A DNA stretch of 63,927 nucleotides, the filler included, from Globobulimina sp. (lineage: Eukaryota): NCBI GenBank assembly GCA_003354225.1. It is 33 parts of 33 records of this genome, joined end to end, with 100 filler letters (N's around TTAATTAATTAA, not from the genome) between each part and the next. Parts side by side here need not be neighbours in the genome. Positions count along the whole stretch, not along the records: positions 21,352 to 23,192 come from PIVH01011348.1; positions 23,293 to 25,133 come from PIVH01011349.1; positions 25,234 to 27,073 come from PIVH01011350.1; positions 27,174 to 29,013 come from PIVH01011351.1; positions 29,114 to 30,953 come from PIVH01011352.1; positions 31,054 to 32,893 come from PIVH01011353.1; positions 32,994 to 34,833 come from PIVH01011354.1; positions 34,934 to 36,773 come from PIVH01011355.1; 25 more parts are not named here. One strand, given 5' to 3'. Each line of letters begins with the position of its first letter. Position 1 is the stretch's first letter. Positions 22,209 to 35,199 of this stretch are shown here, piece by piece. Position numbers and translations under genes: made by a program. Under the pieces are notes generated by a model. It worked only from the letters and a program-made list of their open reading frames with translations. It searched no databases and was not told the DNA's origin.

Positions 22209-23192
22209 TCACTCAGATTCAGATGATTTTGTCTCATCTGAATCAGCACTATCATCAGTATCATATGAATCATTATCATCAGAAGAATGAGATGACTCTG
22301 ATGAGTCCGATGAATCCATATATTGCCCAGACTCCTCTTCAGAACCATCATATTGTCCATACTGTTGTTGCTGTGGAGGAGGTGGCCCCGGCACAAATTG
22401 TTGTTCCTGTCCCTGTCCCTGTTGCTGTTGCTGCTGTTGCTGCTGTTGTTCCTGTTCATGTTCCTGTTGCTGCTGTTGTTGTTGCATAGCATTCCATCGT
22501 TGTTGCCTCATCCATTGTTCCTGCTGATATCTCTGCTGCTGTACCAACCATTGTTGCTGTTGGTTCATCTGTTCCTGTTGTTCATCGATGGTTTGATTCA
22601 AATCATGTTCCAATTTCACTTTAGTTTCAATGGCTTGTTGCAACTCGCGTTCATAATAAACTTTATCCCCTCGCAACTTCACCAACTCCTCTTCGGATCT
22701 ATTCATATTCTGCACATTTTCGCCATTGATTCGCACCAAATTCTCGTAATCAATCTGCTTATTTTTCAACTCTTCATTTTGTTTCCGCAATGCATTCATC
22801 TCCGTTTTTAATTTATCATTTTCACTCTGCAATTTATCAAATATTTTCTTATCCGATTTATTTTGCAAATCCATAACATCATAAATCTGTTGTTTATATT
22901 GCTCGATATTCTTATTCAAGACTTTAATCTCATTTTCTTTTGCATTTACAGTATTTTTTAATTTCTTATTTGCGATTTTCGCCGCATTTAATTCTTCACT
23001 CTGTTTTTCTGCCATAACATTTACTTTCATTTCATTTTGTTTTTTGTCAATATCAATTTTAATATCTTTCTGTGCAGTTTCTTTGGCGATGATTCTTTGC
23101 ATAATATCTCCCTTCGTGCCCTCTGCGGATATCTTTAACGTTTTACATTTCTTTTTTAATTTCGGAAGGCTCATCTTCCTCAAATGCATGTG
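22209..23192 (-). CDS. SAP domain + coiled coil + polyQ + Ser/Asp tail protein (5' partial)
   Basis: LRKMSLPKLKKKCKTLKISAEGTKGDIMQRI SAP pattern; CAG/CAA runs. Confidence 0.7.
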   Translation of the reverse strand, partial: HMHLRKMSLPKLKKKCKTLKISAEGTKGDIMQRIIAKETAQKDIKIDIDKKQNEMKVNVMAEKQSEELNAAKIANKKLKNTVNAKENEIKVLNKNIEQYKQQIYDVMDLQNKSDKKIFDKLQSENDKLKTEMNALRKQNEELKNKQIDYENLVRINGENVQNMNRSEEELVKLRGDKVYYERELQQAIETKVKLEHDLNQTIDEQQEQMNQQQQWLVQQQRYQQEQWMRQQRWNAMQQQQQQQEHEQEQQQQQQQQQQGQGQEQQFVPGPPPPQQQQYGQYDGSEEESGQYMDSSDSSESSHSSDDNDSYDTDDSADSDETKSSESE

Positions 23193-23339
23193 NNNNNNNN
23201 NNNNNNNNNNNNNNNNNNNNNNNNNNNNNNNNNNNNTTAATTAATTAANNNNNNNNNNNNNNNNNNNNNNNNNNNNNNNNNNNNNNNNNNNNGTTGTGTG
23301 ATATAGAAAATACGAATCTTCATGAATTATTATGCATTC

Positions 23340-24776
23340 TCAAAGCGGAACAATAAACAAAGGAATTAATAATACCACATACAACATCAACCAACAGACA
23401 AACATAACAACCAACATTTTACAGTTAAACAACTTATTCCTAACAGTTAAACAACTCTTTGGGCAGCAGCAGAGCCAGCAGTGATAAATTAACATAACCA
23501 GCCACAAATATATTGCAAAGAACTCCAAGATTGTCCGCAATTTATCTAACACCAAAATGACTACAAAAGCTAAATTTGAACAATTGCAATCCTTCATTGT
23601 ATATAATGACATACGATCCCACTCAGATAATCTTAAAGGAACCAACGTATCAAACAGTTTGGATCTATATGTTTTATCTAAATCTGGCATCAACGCAATA
23701 ACTGAAATGGATTCTTTCTCGAAAAATATTGTAGCCAATGAGTGTACCAATGCATCCACTGTTTCTTCATTATTTGCAGTATGATGAAAATAAGATAAAC
23801 GCACAACGGACTCAATCCAGCTTCGAGATCTGATATTAAAACCAATCCCCACTCTAAATGTTAAATTATTATGCTTATCGTTATCAATCTGTATAATTTT
23901 CAAAATAAGCTCTGTCCAAAATTCATGTTTTGCTGCACTTTCTTCGACAGGAAATATAAACTTGTCATGATCATCAAAAGACGTCGTTTTAAATACTGGA
24001 ACATTGTTGAGTGTTATTATAATTCTGCCCTGCATGAAACGTTCAATATAATGTGTTAATATTGTTGGGAAATTGTTACATATCTCATTTGAAATCTTTT
24101 CTATTACAGGTCGAGGCCATATAATTGTGTTATCACTTACCAGCAAAGTATTGTTTAATGAGTTTTTGAGTGACAGTTTTAGTAAAGCTTTGTAATAAAA
24201 TGCATTTGCAATAATTCCAAAAGGCTGGTTGAGATAAATGATGTTGTCTCCAAATGTTAAATCAAAATGGTCATAGTAAATGTCAGCCAATTGCAACGAC
24301 GATATTTCTAATGAATCCATCAAACTCCGCGGTTTTGAATACGTTTTTGACACATTAATGTTGATTGCGGATAGTAATGACTTTGTATTGTTCAATGATA
24401 AATGTTTTGAGTTAAGATGTGTCAAAATAGATGCCGCTTGCTCATCAAATTTTTTTCTAAAATACAGATCCTTCGAATTCGACATTAATGAACGTATTTT
24501 TCCCGAATAATCCAATGCGTTGTCATTTGTTAAATTTGCGCAATTCAATAATTGTTTTATGTGAGCTATATTTGTTTGATACATATCAACCACCAAATTC
24601 CTGTACCCTGAATGGGCCAATTGAACATTTCTTGAATCTGGAAGATAACTAAAAACATGTCTTTGTACGTCTAGAATAGAGTCATTGGAAATTGATCCAT
24701 TAGAAATACGCATTGTTGAGGAATTGAAATACGTATTGTTGAGGAATTGATCCATTGGAAATTGGTTTTTTAACAA
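23340..24776 (-). CDS. Hypothetical protein with two C-terminal TM helices
   Basis: 478-aa uninterrupted ORF; hydrophobic, Cys-rich C-terminus. Confidence 0.6.
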   Translation of the reverse strand: MLKNQFPMDQFLNNTYFNSSTMRISNGSISNDSILDVQRHVFSYLPDSRNVQLAHSGYRNLVVDMYQTNIAHIKQLLNCANLTNDNALDYSGKIRSLMSNSKDLYFRKKFDEQAASILTHLNSKHLSLNNTKSLLSAININVSKTYSKPRSLMDSLEISSLQLADIYYDHFDLTFGDNIIYLNQPFGIIANAFYYKALLKLSLKNSLNNTLLVSDNTIIWPRPVIEKISNEICNNFPTILTHYIERFMQGRIIITLNNVPVFKTTSFDDHDKFIFPVEESAAKHEFWTELILKIIQIDNDKHNNLTFRVGIGFNIRSRSWIESVVRLSYFHHTANNEETVDALVHSLATIFFEKESISVIALMPDLDKTYRSKLFDTLVPLRLSEWDRMSLYTMKDCNCSNLAFVVILVLDKLRTILEFFAIYLWLVMLIYHCWLCCCPKSCLTVRNKLFNCKMLVVMFVCWLMLYVVLLIPLFIVPL

Positions 24777-25233
24777 AATGAATGGTGCAAGGAATCGTGT
24801 GTAAGATTAACACTTATCTTCACTAACAAAACAAAAACTGCTTTGTTATTTAGTATTCTTGTTAATCAATACATGAATAATATTGTCCACCTTCGACCAA
24901 CGCAATATATATCGCGCGCAATTGTGTTTAGGTCCTTGCCTTGAATGCAATCTTGAAAAAATTATCCATCATTGATTCAGCAACATTCATTTGTTTCACA
25001 CGAATTCTCTTTTTATCAGCAATGGTCCAAATCCATTCGTTATTTTTTAATTTAAACGGTTTACCCATTTCCTTCATTCTCTGCCCATTCCTTTCGCTAT
25101 ATTTCCCAATATATGAAATTCTAATATTTTTACNNNNNNNNNNNNNNNNNNNNNNNNNNNNNNNNNNNNNNNNNNNNTTAATTAATTAANNNNNNNNNNN
25201 NNNNNNNNNNNNNNNNNNNNNNNNNNNNNNNNN

Positions 25234-27073
25234 TGCTTCCAGAAATATTTGCAATTTCAAATGAGTCTAAATCCGTTCCACCACCAACAAATATCAAATC
25301 ATCCACTACAAATACCATACTATAGGAATGCAACGCATTCAATGCAGTTTCAACAGATATATCAAGTGAGATTGGATTAAATTTATACACTGTTTTTACA
25401 ACAGAATCTCCGATAATATAGATATCATTATTTGAATCGATAACTGCTTTTGCATTGCCACTGACATTCATTATTTGTGATGGTGTTGTAATTTGACTCC
25501 ATAAATCTTTGACAATATCATACCGATATATTTCATCCATTGTAGCTCCATTATAACCACCAAAATGATAAATATAATTAGCAAAATGTACACATGCTGC
25601 TGCAACAACACCATCGGCTGTTACCGGAATTTGTTCACCTTAATGGACAAAATCATATTTTAAAGCCAGTCGTTTGTATATATACAATATGTACAAGTTA
25701 AATGGTTGACAAATGACTGCTAATTGATTTATCAATTTGTGTTTTACAATTTCATATAAATATTTATATATAAATCCGATGTCAATTTTGGTTTATTTTT
25801 CTATGAAATTGTAAGATAAATTCAACACAAATGTTTCTTAAAAACGATTTCAAGATTTGTCAAGTTTATCAACCATCGAAAATGGCATTGTTAATACAAA
25901 TGACTGGGTACAACACATGAACGCACCTTGAGACCACGAATTACTGTTTGTGTTTAATATTTGAGTGTATTTGTATCGCACTGAATTATATGTCATTCCT
26001 CCAATTACATAGATATTATTATTAGCATCCATAGTGACACACGAATGGGATACGGGGAAAGGCATTGTTGGGACTGAATGGGCAATAAATTCGTCAATGT
26101 TGCTATCGAACACATAAATGGTTCCATTATTTGGTCCAAATATATAAATTAAACTGTCATTGACTATGGCGGTGCATTTTGAATGAGAACAAGCAAACTG
26201 TGCGGTCGGTGTTGTAATCGGAAGTTTTGTCCATATTTTGGGGGTATTATAATTCCATTTCCATACTTCATTTATATACTCACCTTTTTTTAATTTAAGA
26301 TAGATGGATAAAAAAGTTTAAATGCAAAAATACCTCCATTGTATTGACCACCCATTTTATATAAAATATTACTTGATGTCACACCATAAACACTCGACCA
26401 CTCTGCAGCAGGGAGTGCAATATCAGTGCTTTGGACCCAATTTAAAATCGGAGTATAGGATGACTGTGTTCCTTGCATAGTAATGCCAGAAATATTTGCA
26501 ATTTCAAATGAATCTAAACTGGTTCCACCTAATCCACCACCAACAAATATTAAATCATTTATCATAAACAAGAGAGCATTTTGATGGTATAAATCGAATG
26601 AATTTTCAATGAAAAGCTGTTGTGATTTCGGATCAAATTTATAAACATAGTCATACCCAATAATATAGAAATTATGCAATGGATCAGTAACAAGTTCAGC
26701 GTACGAACTACCACTCCATATATGAGATGGCGATACAATTAAACTCCACAAATCATTGGCTGTGTCATATTGATAAATATCTGTCAATGTAGCACCGCCA
26801 TCATAGCCACCAAAATGATAAATATAATTATTATAATACGCACATTGAGCAGCTACCACCCCATTTGCATGCGGTATATCTGTGCCTTGTGACCACGAAT
26901 TATTACTTACATTTAACATTTGTGTAAAGGAATATCGTGCTCCATTATGACCACCAATCAAATATATATTATTATTATTATCCGTGGAAACACATGGTCC
27001 CAACACATCATTTGGGGCAGCTGGAATGTTGTGATTCGCAATAAATACTTCATTCAAAAGGTCAAAAACATAA
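25234..27073 (-). CDS. Tandem kelch-repeat beta-propeller protein; introns; partial at both ends
   Basis: Repeated IYLIGG / YIYHFGGY / DLW / IFVGGG blades; two internally similar propeller units each ending LDSFEIANISG. Confidence 0.88.
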
Positions 27074-27539
27074 NNNNNNNNNNNNNNNNNNNNNNNNNNN
27101 NNNNNNNNNNNNNNNNNTTAATTAATTAANNNNNNNNNNNNNNNNNNNNNNNNNNNNNNNNNNNNNNNNNNNNATCCGAAATAAAATAGAAATATTATTC
27201 AATGCAGACAAGTCATGGATGTGTTTGCCAGATAGTCGCCCAAATACCACATTGCTTGGATGGTCTGCTTAATATCGAAGCCAATGCCAACCGGCTCAAT
27301 CATTTCCAAATTACCTTCCAAACGACGCAAATCGCGGTCACATTGCACTCTATTTATCATTTGCGAGAATCCCGTAAACCATGCTAGAATTATATGAGCG
27401 CTGTGGTTGTTAACAGTAATTAAATAGCAAACCAGCTGATTTTGAGATGTTTTCTGTGAAAACTTTTCTAGCTATGACGTTCATGAATACATGACGTGAA
27501 TGAACGGTTCATGAATACATTTTTTGATATCAATATCTG

Positions 27540-28716
27540 ATATTGCAACAGATGCCATAGTCACATAGCAGTTTTACCAAACGATCGCATGGCATTTTTT
27601 GGTGTTTCATTATCCTTTATTATATTGGCTCAATTATCATACTTCCATTTTCACCAATTATCAGTTTTATATTTTATTTAACTGAAGATCCGAACTCATA
27701 TATTTCAAATTTATTCAAATTTCAAAGACATTTAGGGTTTATAATGGAATCATTGATTGAAGCTTAAGCTTTCCCGCAGTCGGTACGCACTTTTTATAAT
27801 TCAATTTAAAATTATTTATCATTCAATATTAATTGCTTTTTAGTATTAGTGTCGGTGTATATTACTTTGGTATATCTAAGCTGTGTATTAATATATATCC
27901 GCAATGTGACATTGCTGTATTTGTAACCATTCAACTTTTATGGGCCTTTGGTATGGTTTTAGGTGTTTTAGCTTTGGAGATATCCACATTTCTGCTGAAT
28001 CAAACCAGTTATGGTTAAATGTTTTGCCTTGGATAAAATCAGCACATTCTCATAAATATGATGGTATATTATCATTGAGTCATTGACAAAAACACAAGAT
28101 TCCATTATTCGAATTTGTTGCATCAATCAAAGCATGATTGATAGTAAAAAGTTGTACACGAGCTTTGATAAAAAGTTTGTAGCATTTATCAACTCCCATA
28201 CATCAACAAATTATATGGGTATTAAATCATTGTCAGAACTACGGAGCCATCACTATGTTGTACTTTTGGTGCCGGCCATCGCCTGAATTCTTGCCAACAT
28301 GTCTGGCGTTGCTGAGCTTGCCATATCTCATCTGATTACAAAACAGGAGATTGATAATGGCCGACTCATAGGAAGGAAATGGATGTTTTCTGGGGTTTGT
28401 TTTGTACATTTTATCATTGCTCCATTTTATTATTTATCGAGGATTATAAACATTGCGTTTCCGTTTGCAATACTTATGTTGTTATATGTAAATGAGTGAC
28501 ATTGTTGATGTATATATCGTTTTTAGTGATATTGGGTATTTTGGCAATACCTGTCATGGAACAATATTATTTATGGCATATAATGCCGTCAAAGGACGTT
28601 GGAGGGCATCGATATCATTGGAAATAGTGCAATATAGATACAATGGAATTGTTATTGTTCTTGTCAGAGATTCAATGCTTAATAAAAAATACGGACTGGA
28701 CATTGCCAAAATTTGA
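27540..28716 (+). pseudogene. Degenerate multi-TM membrane protein gene
   Basis: Consecutive short hydrophobic ORF pieces in different frames, broken by stops and frameshifts. Confidence 0.45.
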
Positions 28717-29138
28717 AGAAACGAAGAACAAAAAAAACGTGAAAGCATACACTCCAATAAATAGCATATGAATATTTCTCAAATGGCGGTGTTAATTGCT
28801 GTACATTATAATTTCCATCCATGTCCTCATCATTATAACAATTATGTTCTATTGCATCGATCTCTGATATCCATGAAACACCATATTTTTTATTACTTCG
28901 TGCAAAATATAGTAGTAGTAGGGGCACATTCAGCCAGGGAGTAAGTCTGGCTCCATGCTCACCGATTGCTGGAACATCCCGGCGAGGTTGTTTATGGTAT
29001 CAAACGAGATACCNNNNNNNNNNNNNNNNNNNNNNNNNNNNNNNNNNNNNNNNNNNNTTAATTAATTAANNNNNNNNNNNNNNNNNNNNNNNNNNNNNNN
29101 NNNNNNNNNNNNNATTTTATATAATTATGTCATTATAA

Positions 29139-30881
29139 TTACAATTGTCGTAAAACAGTCTGTAAGTCTTGATTTTGCTTTTCTTTTGTAAATTTATCAC
29201 AATTTATATATGCCGCATCATAGTGTTCCTTTAATAGTTTCATCAAAACATCTCGAAAGTACTTATTTTTCTTTTCATCCTCTTTGTCATTAAATATCTC
29301 ATCATTGTTAATAATATTCATCATAAAATAATGTGCAAATCGAATATTTATATCTTTCGACACTAAAAAATTCGAATTATTAAACAAAAAATTATCTTTT
29401 TTAATGAAAAAAAAGTATAATTTGTCTATCAATGTTTTATTTGTGTGTCGATTATTAAAATAAAACTCTTTCCATAAATGTATTACATCAACACAAGGCT
29501 CTCTATTCTCATTACTATCGATATCAATATCACTCAGTCGAACTATTTCCGATTTTTTCAAACAATCAAAATCCTTTAAAACAGGCAATCCCTTACAATT
29601 ATCATCAAATAATAACTCCAATTTTTGTGTTGTAATCGGTATCGTAAACTTATTATTATTGTTTGTATTATTGTTATATTCATAAAACTTATTAAATAAA
29701 TGCTTAATTAATTTATATTCATTGTGGTTGGCTAAAAATCGAAATATTGGAATAAAGCAAGTAATGATAATTTCAATATTTTCATGCAATAATTTAGTAT
29801 CATTTAAATACATTGTACTTAGTAACAGCGTTAAATGGTAAATCTTATTTTCTTTCATTAAATTAATAATAACTTGTTCAATGCATTCGGTTTTCGATTT
29901 GTATGTATTTAATGCGATATTTTCCATAGCAATCAATTCGTGCAATTGGTTCTGGGCATATTCCAATGTATAAATTAATAATTTATCAAAAGGAATATTT
30001 ACATTTCTATGATTAATGTCTTTATAATGATTAATAACTAGATTATCATAATAATTTTTGAGAATTTGTCGGTCTCTGCCTTCACATCTTCGCGATCTAT
30101 TTGCCGTAATATTATATGTAAAATAATCACTGAAAAAACTGTTAATTAATTGCGTGCATAAAATTGGAAAGCAATCCAAATATCTTTGAATCCAATACTT
30201 GGCGGCTTCTAATCGTCCATTTTCAATCAATGTTAATATCAAAATAGATAATAATTCGTTATTTGTATTGCCATATTTTTTCTTAAATGATAATGACTCA
30301 AATAAAGACAATGACAAATCACAATTCTTGGTTTTACGAAATAAAGTCAATAATTTGCCAATTTCAAACATTCCAAATCTATTATTTGGCAATAATTCAT
30401 TTAAATTGTTTAAAAAGGCGATTATATTAAAAAAGTCATTTGCATCTAATTTATTTTTAAATATTTCATACAATTTATCATTATCTTGTCCTTTGTTACA
30501 AAATTCATTTACAAAATATAAATACAAATCTTTTCCATTGTTCAAATTCATTAACATGCCTTCAATAATAATATCATATAAATCGTAGTTATCATAATTA
30601 TCATAGTTAATTTTATCAAATTGATCCGAGGCTAATTTCTTTAAATGATAGCATTGATCCGCATGCCCAAAGTCCTCTTTTTTATTTGTAAAGATGATGG
30701 GACATAAATCAGTTTGTAGATTTTTCAAACACCGATAATCGATTTTTTTTTCATATTTCATTTTACGTTTCAACTGATTGTCAAATAACGAATAATGATA
30801 CCGCTCAGTCACTGATATGGAGGTAGATAATGATAATAACAGCCATGTATTTGACTTGATTTTCACATTTTGTTTATTCAA
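29139..30881 (-). CDS. Very AT-rich hypothetical protein, possibly alpha-helical repeat
   Basis: 580-aa ORF; LILTLIENGRLEAAKYWI resembles a PPR/TPR helix. Confidence 0.55.
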   Translation of the reverse strand: MNKQNVKIKSNTWLLLSLSTSISVTERYHYSLFDNQLKRKMKYEKKIDYRCLKNLQTDLCPIIFTNKKEDFGHADQCYHLKKLASDQFDKINYDNYDNYDLYDIIIEGMLMNLNNGKDLYLYFVNEFCNKGQDNDKLYEIFKNKLDANDFFNIIAFLNNLNELLPNNRFGMFEIGKLLTLFRKTKNCDLSLSLFESLSFKKKYGNTNNELLSILILTLIENGRLEAAKYWIQRYLDCFPILCTQLINSFFSDYFTYNITANRSRRCEGRDRQILKNYYDNLVINHYKDINHRNVNIPFDKLLIYTLEYAQNQLHELIAMENIALNTYKSKTECIEQVIINLMKENKIYHLTLLLSTMYLNDTKLLHENIEIIITCFIPIFRFLANHNEYKLIKHLFNKFYEYNNNTNNNNKFTIPITTQKLELLFDDNCKGLPVLKDFDCLKKSEIVRLSDIDIDSNENREPCVDVIHLWKEFYFNNRHTNKTLIDKLYFFFIKKDNFLFNNSNFLVSKDINIRFAHYFMMNIINNDEIFNDKEDEKKNKYFRDVLMKLLKEHYDAAYINCDKFTKEKQNQDLQTVLRQL

Positions 30882-31053
30882 AATATTCCACCATAAATCT
30901 AGATATTTATCATACGCCTTCGTGCATTTTCTATTATTATTATTTTCATCATTNNNNNNNNNNNNNNNNNNNNNNNNNNNNNNNNNNNNNNNNNNNNTTA
31001 ATTAATTAANNNNNNNNNNNNNNNNNNNNNNNNNNNNNNNNNNNNNNNNNNNN

Positions 31054-31674
31054 GTCCATTTTCATCAACAAATATAAGTTGTCATGGTCTAAATTTTTAC
31101 CATATAATACTAATGGCATGCATCTCATCAAAGAGCCATTGGCTAAATTACCCTCACTTTGAAACTTTTCTGCTAAATCTAAATTATAGGCCACTGCCTC
31201 TTTTTTCATTTTCTCTACATTGGGTGCAAATGCTAATATCCTACTTGTACACAATCCTATGTCAAATGGATCTGATTTCAACCATTCTGCATATTCCTTG
31301 GCAATAATTTGTTGATCAAATCCGTTTCCAATTTTAATCATTTTACATAGGGCATATCCTAATGATATCGCCAGCTCAGTGTCATCTGTTACCTGTCCAG
31401 ATATAACTTTGTCGCCCCATGTTCCACCACCTGGCATTCTCATTGCTTCGTCAAGAGTTTCTTTAGAAATTTTCTTTTCCGCAAATTCGCAAAACGCCCC
31501 TAAAGAATCACCAATTGCTGCTCCAATACATAAACCATATGCACGATCCAAATCCATTTTAATTTCCTCGTTTTCTTTGTGTTTTTTACCAGTTGGTTCT
31601 TCTGAGTCTGATGAAATTGGTCTTAAACGTTTGTCTCTATTTCTCTTTCGTGTGTTTTTTGGAAGTGTTGCCAT
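31054..31674 (-). CDS. ADP-ribosylglycohydrolase (ARH/DraG family), 3' partial
   Basis: GAAIGDSLG, GQVTDDTELA, PFDIG, ANGSLMRCMP. Confidence 0.93.
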
Positions 31675-31756
31675 GTAAGTGATGTAACTGTTAATTGCAA
31701 ATAGTGAAGAACTCCTTGAACTTCACTCATCTCTAATTCTCTACTAAGCTTTGATC

Positions 31757-32488
31757 ATGGCGAGTGCTAAGAAAAGAAAAACCAACCCAATAGCAGATAG
31801 TAAGATTACCAAGATGCCCAAACTGACTGCTAAGCAAGAGCAAACAGATGACGATGATGAAGAGAGCGACGCAGACAGCGCTGTATCATTAACTCGCAGT
31901 GAACAAGAAATTAGTAATTATTTAAATGGTGATATTACTCAGTCCCTGTTTTACCAACCAAAAAGTCAAGGTTTATTGGATTTTTTACAAACTCACGAAT
32001 TATGTCTACAAACTCGCGAAATTTGGCCGAAAAATTTGGGGGATAATGAAATTATAACGGTGTTCATACAATTTTATGATGACACTGCATTCGCCCTTTG
32101 GAATGAATTAAGAAATACGTACCTGAGACATTATAATCGAAAAGTTAACGCAAGATTGATGTCCACGATGTCAGCCCGCGATAATCGAACTAATATTCTC
32201 GACCTCGATTTTGTAAACCAGCCACTGACGAAATTAATAATAAATTCAATTAAAGACTCAACAAAATATAAAATTCAAATTCATGGATATTTAGGACATC
32301 TTTATATTATGGGACATCTTATTGTAGTTGAGCAAAAATGTTTGAATAACTGCTTGCAAACCGGTGATGAGTGCTTGAGCAAATACAAAGAAAGAATAAG
32401 ATGGAAAACTATCTTGATACGTCGTGGGCTTGGTATATGGAAAGTGACAGGCACTATGTATATTAAAAACATCTATAAATTTAATTAA
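31757..32488 (+). CDS. Hypothetical protein, divergent from the ARH gene
   Basis: 243-aa ORF with basic NLS-like and acidic N-terminus. Confidence 0.55.
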   Translation: MASAKKRKTNPIADSKITKMPKLTAKQEQTDDDDEESDADSAVSLTRSEQEISNYLNGDITQSLFYQPKSQGLLDFLQTHELCLQTREIWPKNLGDNEIITVFIQFYDDTAFALWNELRNTYLRHYNRKVNARLMSTMSARDNRTNILDLDFVNQPLTKLIINSIKDSTKYKIQIHGYLGHLYIMGHLIVVEQKCLNNCLQTGDECLSKYKERIRWKTILIRRGLGIWKVTGTMYIKNIYKFN

Positions 32489-32532
32489 TTTATCCTTGCA
32501 CTTTCTCTTTCGGTCCCAGAAAAATACTGCTA

Positions 32533-32590
32533 AAATATATATGATCAACTAATATATATATGATCTACTAATATATATATGATCTACTAA
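32533..32590. repeat. Short tandem repeat AATATATATGATC(A/T)ACT x3
   Basis: Three near-identical ~19-nt units. Confidence 0.8.
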
Positions 32591-32993
32591 TTTGTTCTAA
32601 AAACCATAAGGTCACTCGTCTAGAGCAGGTTTTTTTTTGTCTTTTCCTGTGATGTGCAAGGCTAACTTTGTTAACAAAAAAAAAAGAAACCAAACAAAAA
32701 AACCAAAAAAATACAAAAAATATATTATCGATCATTGTTTACTCCTCCAAAAATTGTTTAGTTGCTTCCTCCATTTGCTTCTCTTTCGCATTTAAGGCAT
32801 CAACTTGTTCCAATGTGACTCTAGTGAAAGTTTGTAATTGCATTGGTGAGAGCTTTGCGTGCTGCAAGGTGAATTTGAGATAACCATATCGTCNNNNNNN
32901 NNNNNNNNNNNNNNNNNNNNNNNNNNNNNNNNNNNNNTTAATTAATTAANNNNNNNNNNNNNNNNNNNNNNNNNNNNNNNNNNNNNNNNNNNN

Positions 32994-34833
32994 AATTATC
33001 AAAACCACTGAAAAGTACGCAATGCCCTCGACAGCCATAATAGTGGTGTTTCTGCCCAATACCTCCCAGTCTGAATACTCGCTAAATGGAAATAATGCAA
33101 TGCCAATACCGATATTGAAGAGAGATTCGCAAAGAATGAACGGCGGGAATAATCTAAAAATTGGCCGTAATATATTTGTTGCAATCTCTTCGGTTTCGTC
33201 CGACATGAAATCCAAACCTAAACAAACTAAACCTAACACCATACCGAGCACCATATATAATATAATGGTTGTAAACTGCGCCTTGGATGGCGAGCTGAAT
33301 AAAAATGACAATAAATACGTAAATGGTGTGGATGACCATAAGAATAAAAATATCACCAATATGAACCATCCGATTGCGTTTTCATACACAACTGAATTAA
33401 AAATATAAATTAAACAAATCACTAAGATGAGTGTAGGCGAACCCACTGTTACATCGGTGATATAGTTTGCTATCCAATATGATGAATACGATACGCCTGA
33501 CACTAATTGTTGGTGCTTACTCATTGAGGCCTTCTCATTGCAAATAAAGAACATTGCTGACGCTGGGATGAAAGAGAAAGCCATAACAAAGTAAATTGAC
33601 TGTTGGAATGCTAACATATACGCTAAAATTCCAGCTTGTGCGTATGTGGGCGGCAATGGATGTGATGTGATGCTAATATTTGGATTTATCGATTCATACT
33701 CATCAAATACATACTGTATCACCCAGTTATTCCATAAATTATTTGTTATTGGTAGACCATGCGACGCTGAGCCATTAATTCCAAAATAAACTCGTTTCTG
33801 TTGATTGGCTGTCATTGAATATGGTAAAAATAAAAAGGCGTTATATATTGGTTTTGTTGCTAGTGACATCTCCAATAACCAATCTTGAAAAGCATACGTT
33901 ATCTTATTCGTGGAGGGATATACGGATATCAATGGCATCAATAACTTACCAAAATAGTCTGTGGTATTCACAGTATATACATCTTCGACAGCTACGCTTA
34001 TATTTTTCAAAAATAATTCGCCATTATCTGGCGCTAAATCGTCATAAACATCATGGAAAGTGTTATTTGAATAGAAATTATCAGGGATTCGCCACCAATC
34101 TTGGCCTTGGGTGGTATTTGGAAATGATTCATTATGAATGGCTGTTGGAATATAAACCTCATCAGCCGACGGATACCAATTTGTCGGATGCAAATCTAAA
34201 GGTGGCGCAGCTTTAATTCTTCCCATTTGAATAGTACCGACACCGAAACCAAACAAAGCAATGATGAATGGACAGAATAAGGTGCAAATCATTGACTGTT
34301 TGTCTCGTAAGCTCCATAAAAATCGTTTATATAAAATGGCATATATGTGAATGAAGAATATCTTTGCTCGGTTCATGTCACTTAACGCAAACTCACCCAA
34401 TTCGACCAATTGTGAGGGATGCATACTTTCCATTAATTCCTCTTTTCCTTCTTTCTCGTCCTCTAATTTTATATTTGAACGGATAGGCTCCATCTCATCA
34501 TGGCCAACTTTGAGAAATACCTCTTCCAACGTCTACATAGTACATTATTTCAATTATTTTACATCTAAAAATATGTCATACAATGCAAAGACTAAACTGT
34601 TACAGAAATACCATATGATTTAATCTTTAAATTCGCTTTGTTGTCGTCAAAAATATTGAATAATGTCGCAAATTGAGCGGTTGATTCGAATGGTAAACGA
34701 TATGTTACCTCCGATCCAGCCAAAGTTACCACTTCTGCTTTAATGACATGATCGAATACAATTTTATCGACATCATCCTTAATATTATGCACATTTTTTT
34801 TAGCCGAATCGTCCACTATATCTAATGAAACAG
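32994..34833 (-). CDS. ABCA-subfamily transporter (regulatory region + second TMD); intron ~34533-34597; partial
   Basis: IKSYGISVT|TLEEVFLKV, EKASMSKHQQLVSGVS..SYWIANY..D, PFTYLLSFLF. Confidence 0.93.
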
Positions 34834-35199
34834 NNNNNNNNNNNNNNNNNNNNNNNNNNNNNNNNNNNNNNNNNNNNTTAATTAATTAANNNNNNNNNNN
34901 NNNNNNNNNNNNNNNNNNNNNNNNNNNNNNNNNAGTTGACTTTGATGGGGATTACAAAGATTGCGCATAAAATGAAATTACTTCGATTTATTGCCAAATT
35001 AAATGAGGATAATCCACAAAATGAAGGAAATACTGGACATTTTAAATAAGTATATTTTATCCATAAAATAATGCTATAATAAATAAATAATAATAACATA
35101 AAAAATGCGCGTGTTGTTTTTTTAGCAGGCTTAAAAAATATGCTTTCATCCAGAAACAGAATTATATTATAATATCCGACCAGTAAAGTTGAGTAAAGC

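Noticed and set aside
22148-22811. Alternative-frame ORFs with poly-L, poly-V/A or N/S runs
   Set aside because: Shadows of the CAG/CAA polyglutamine region of the minus-strand gene
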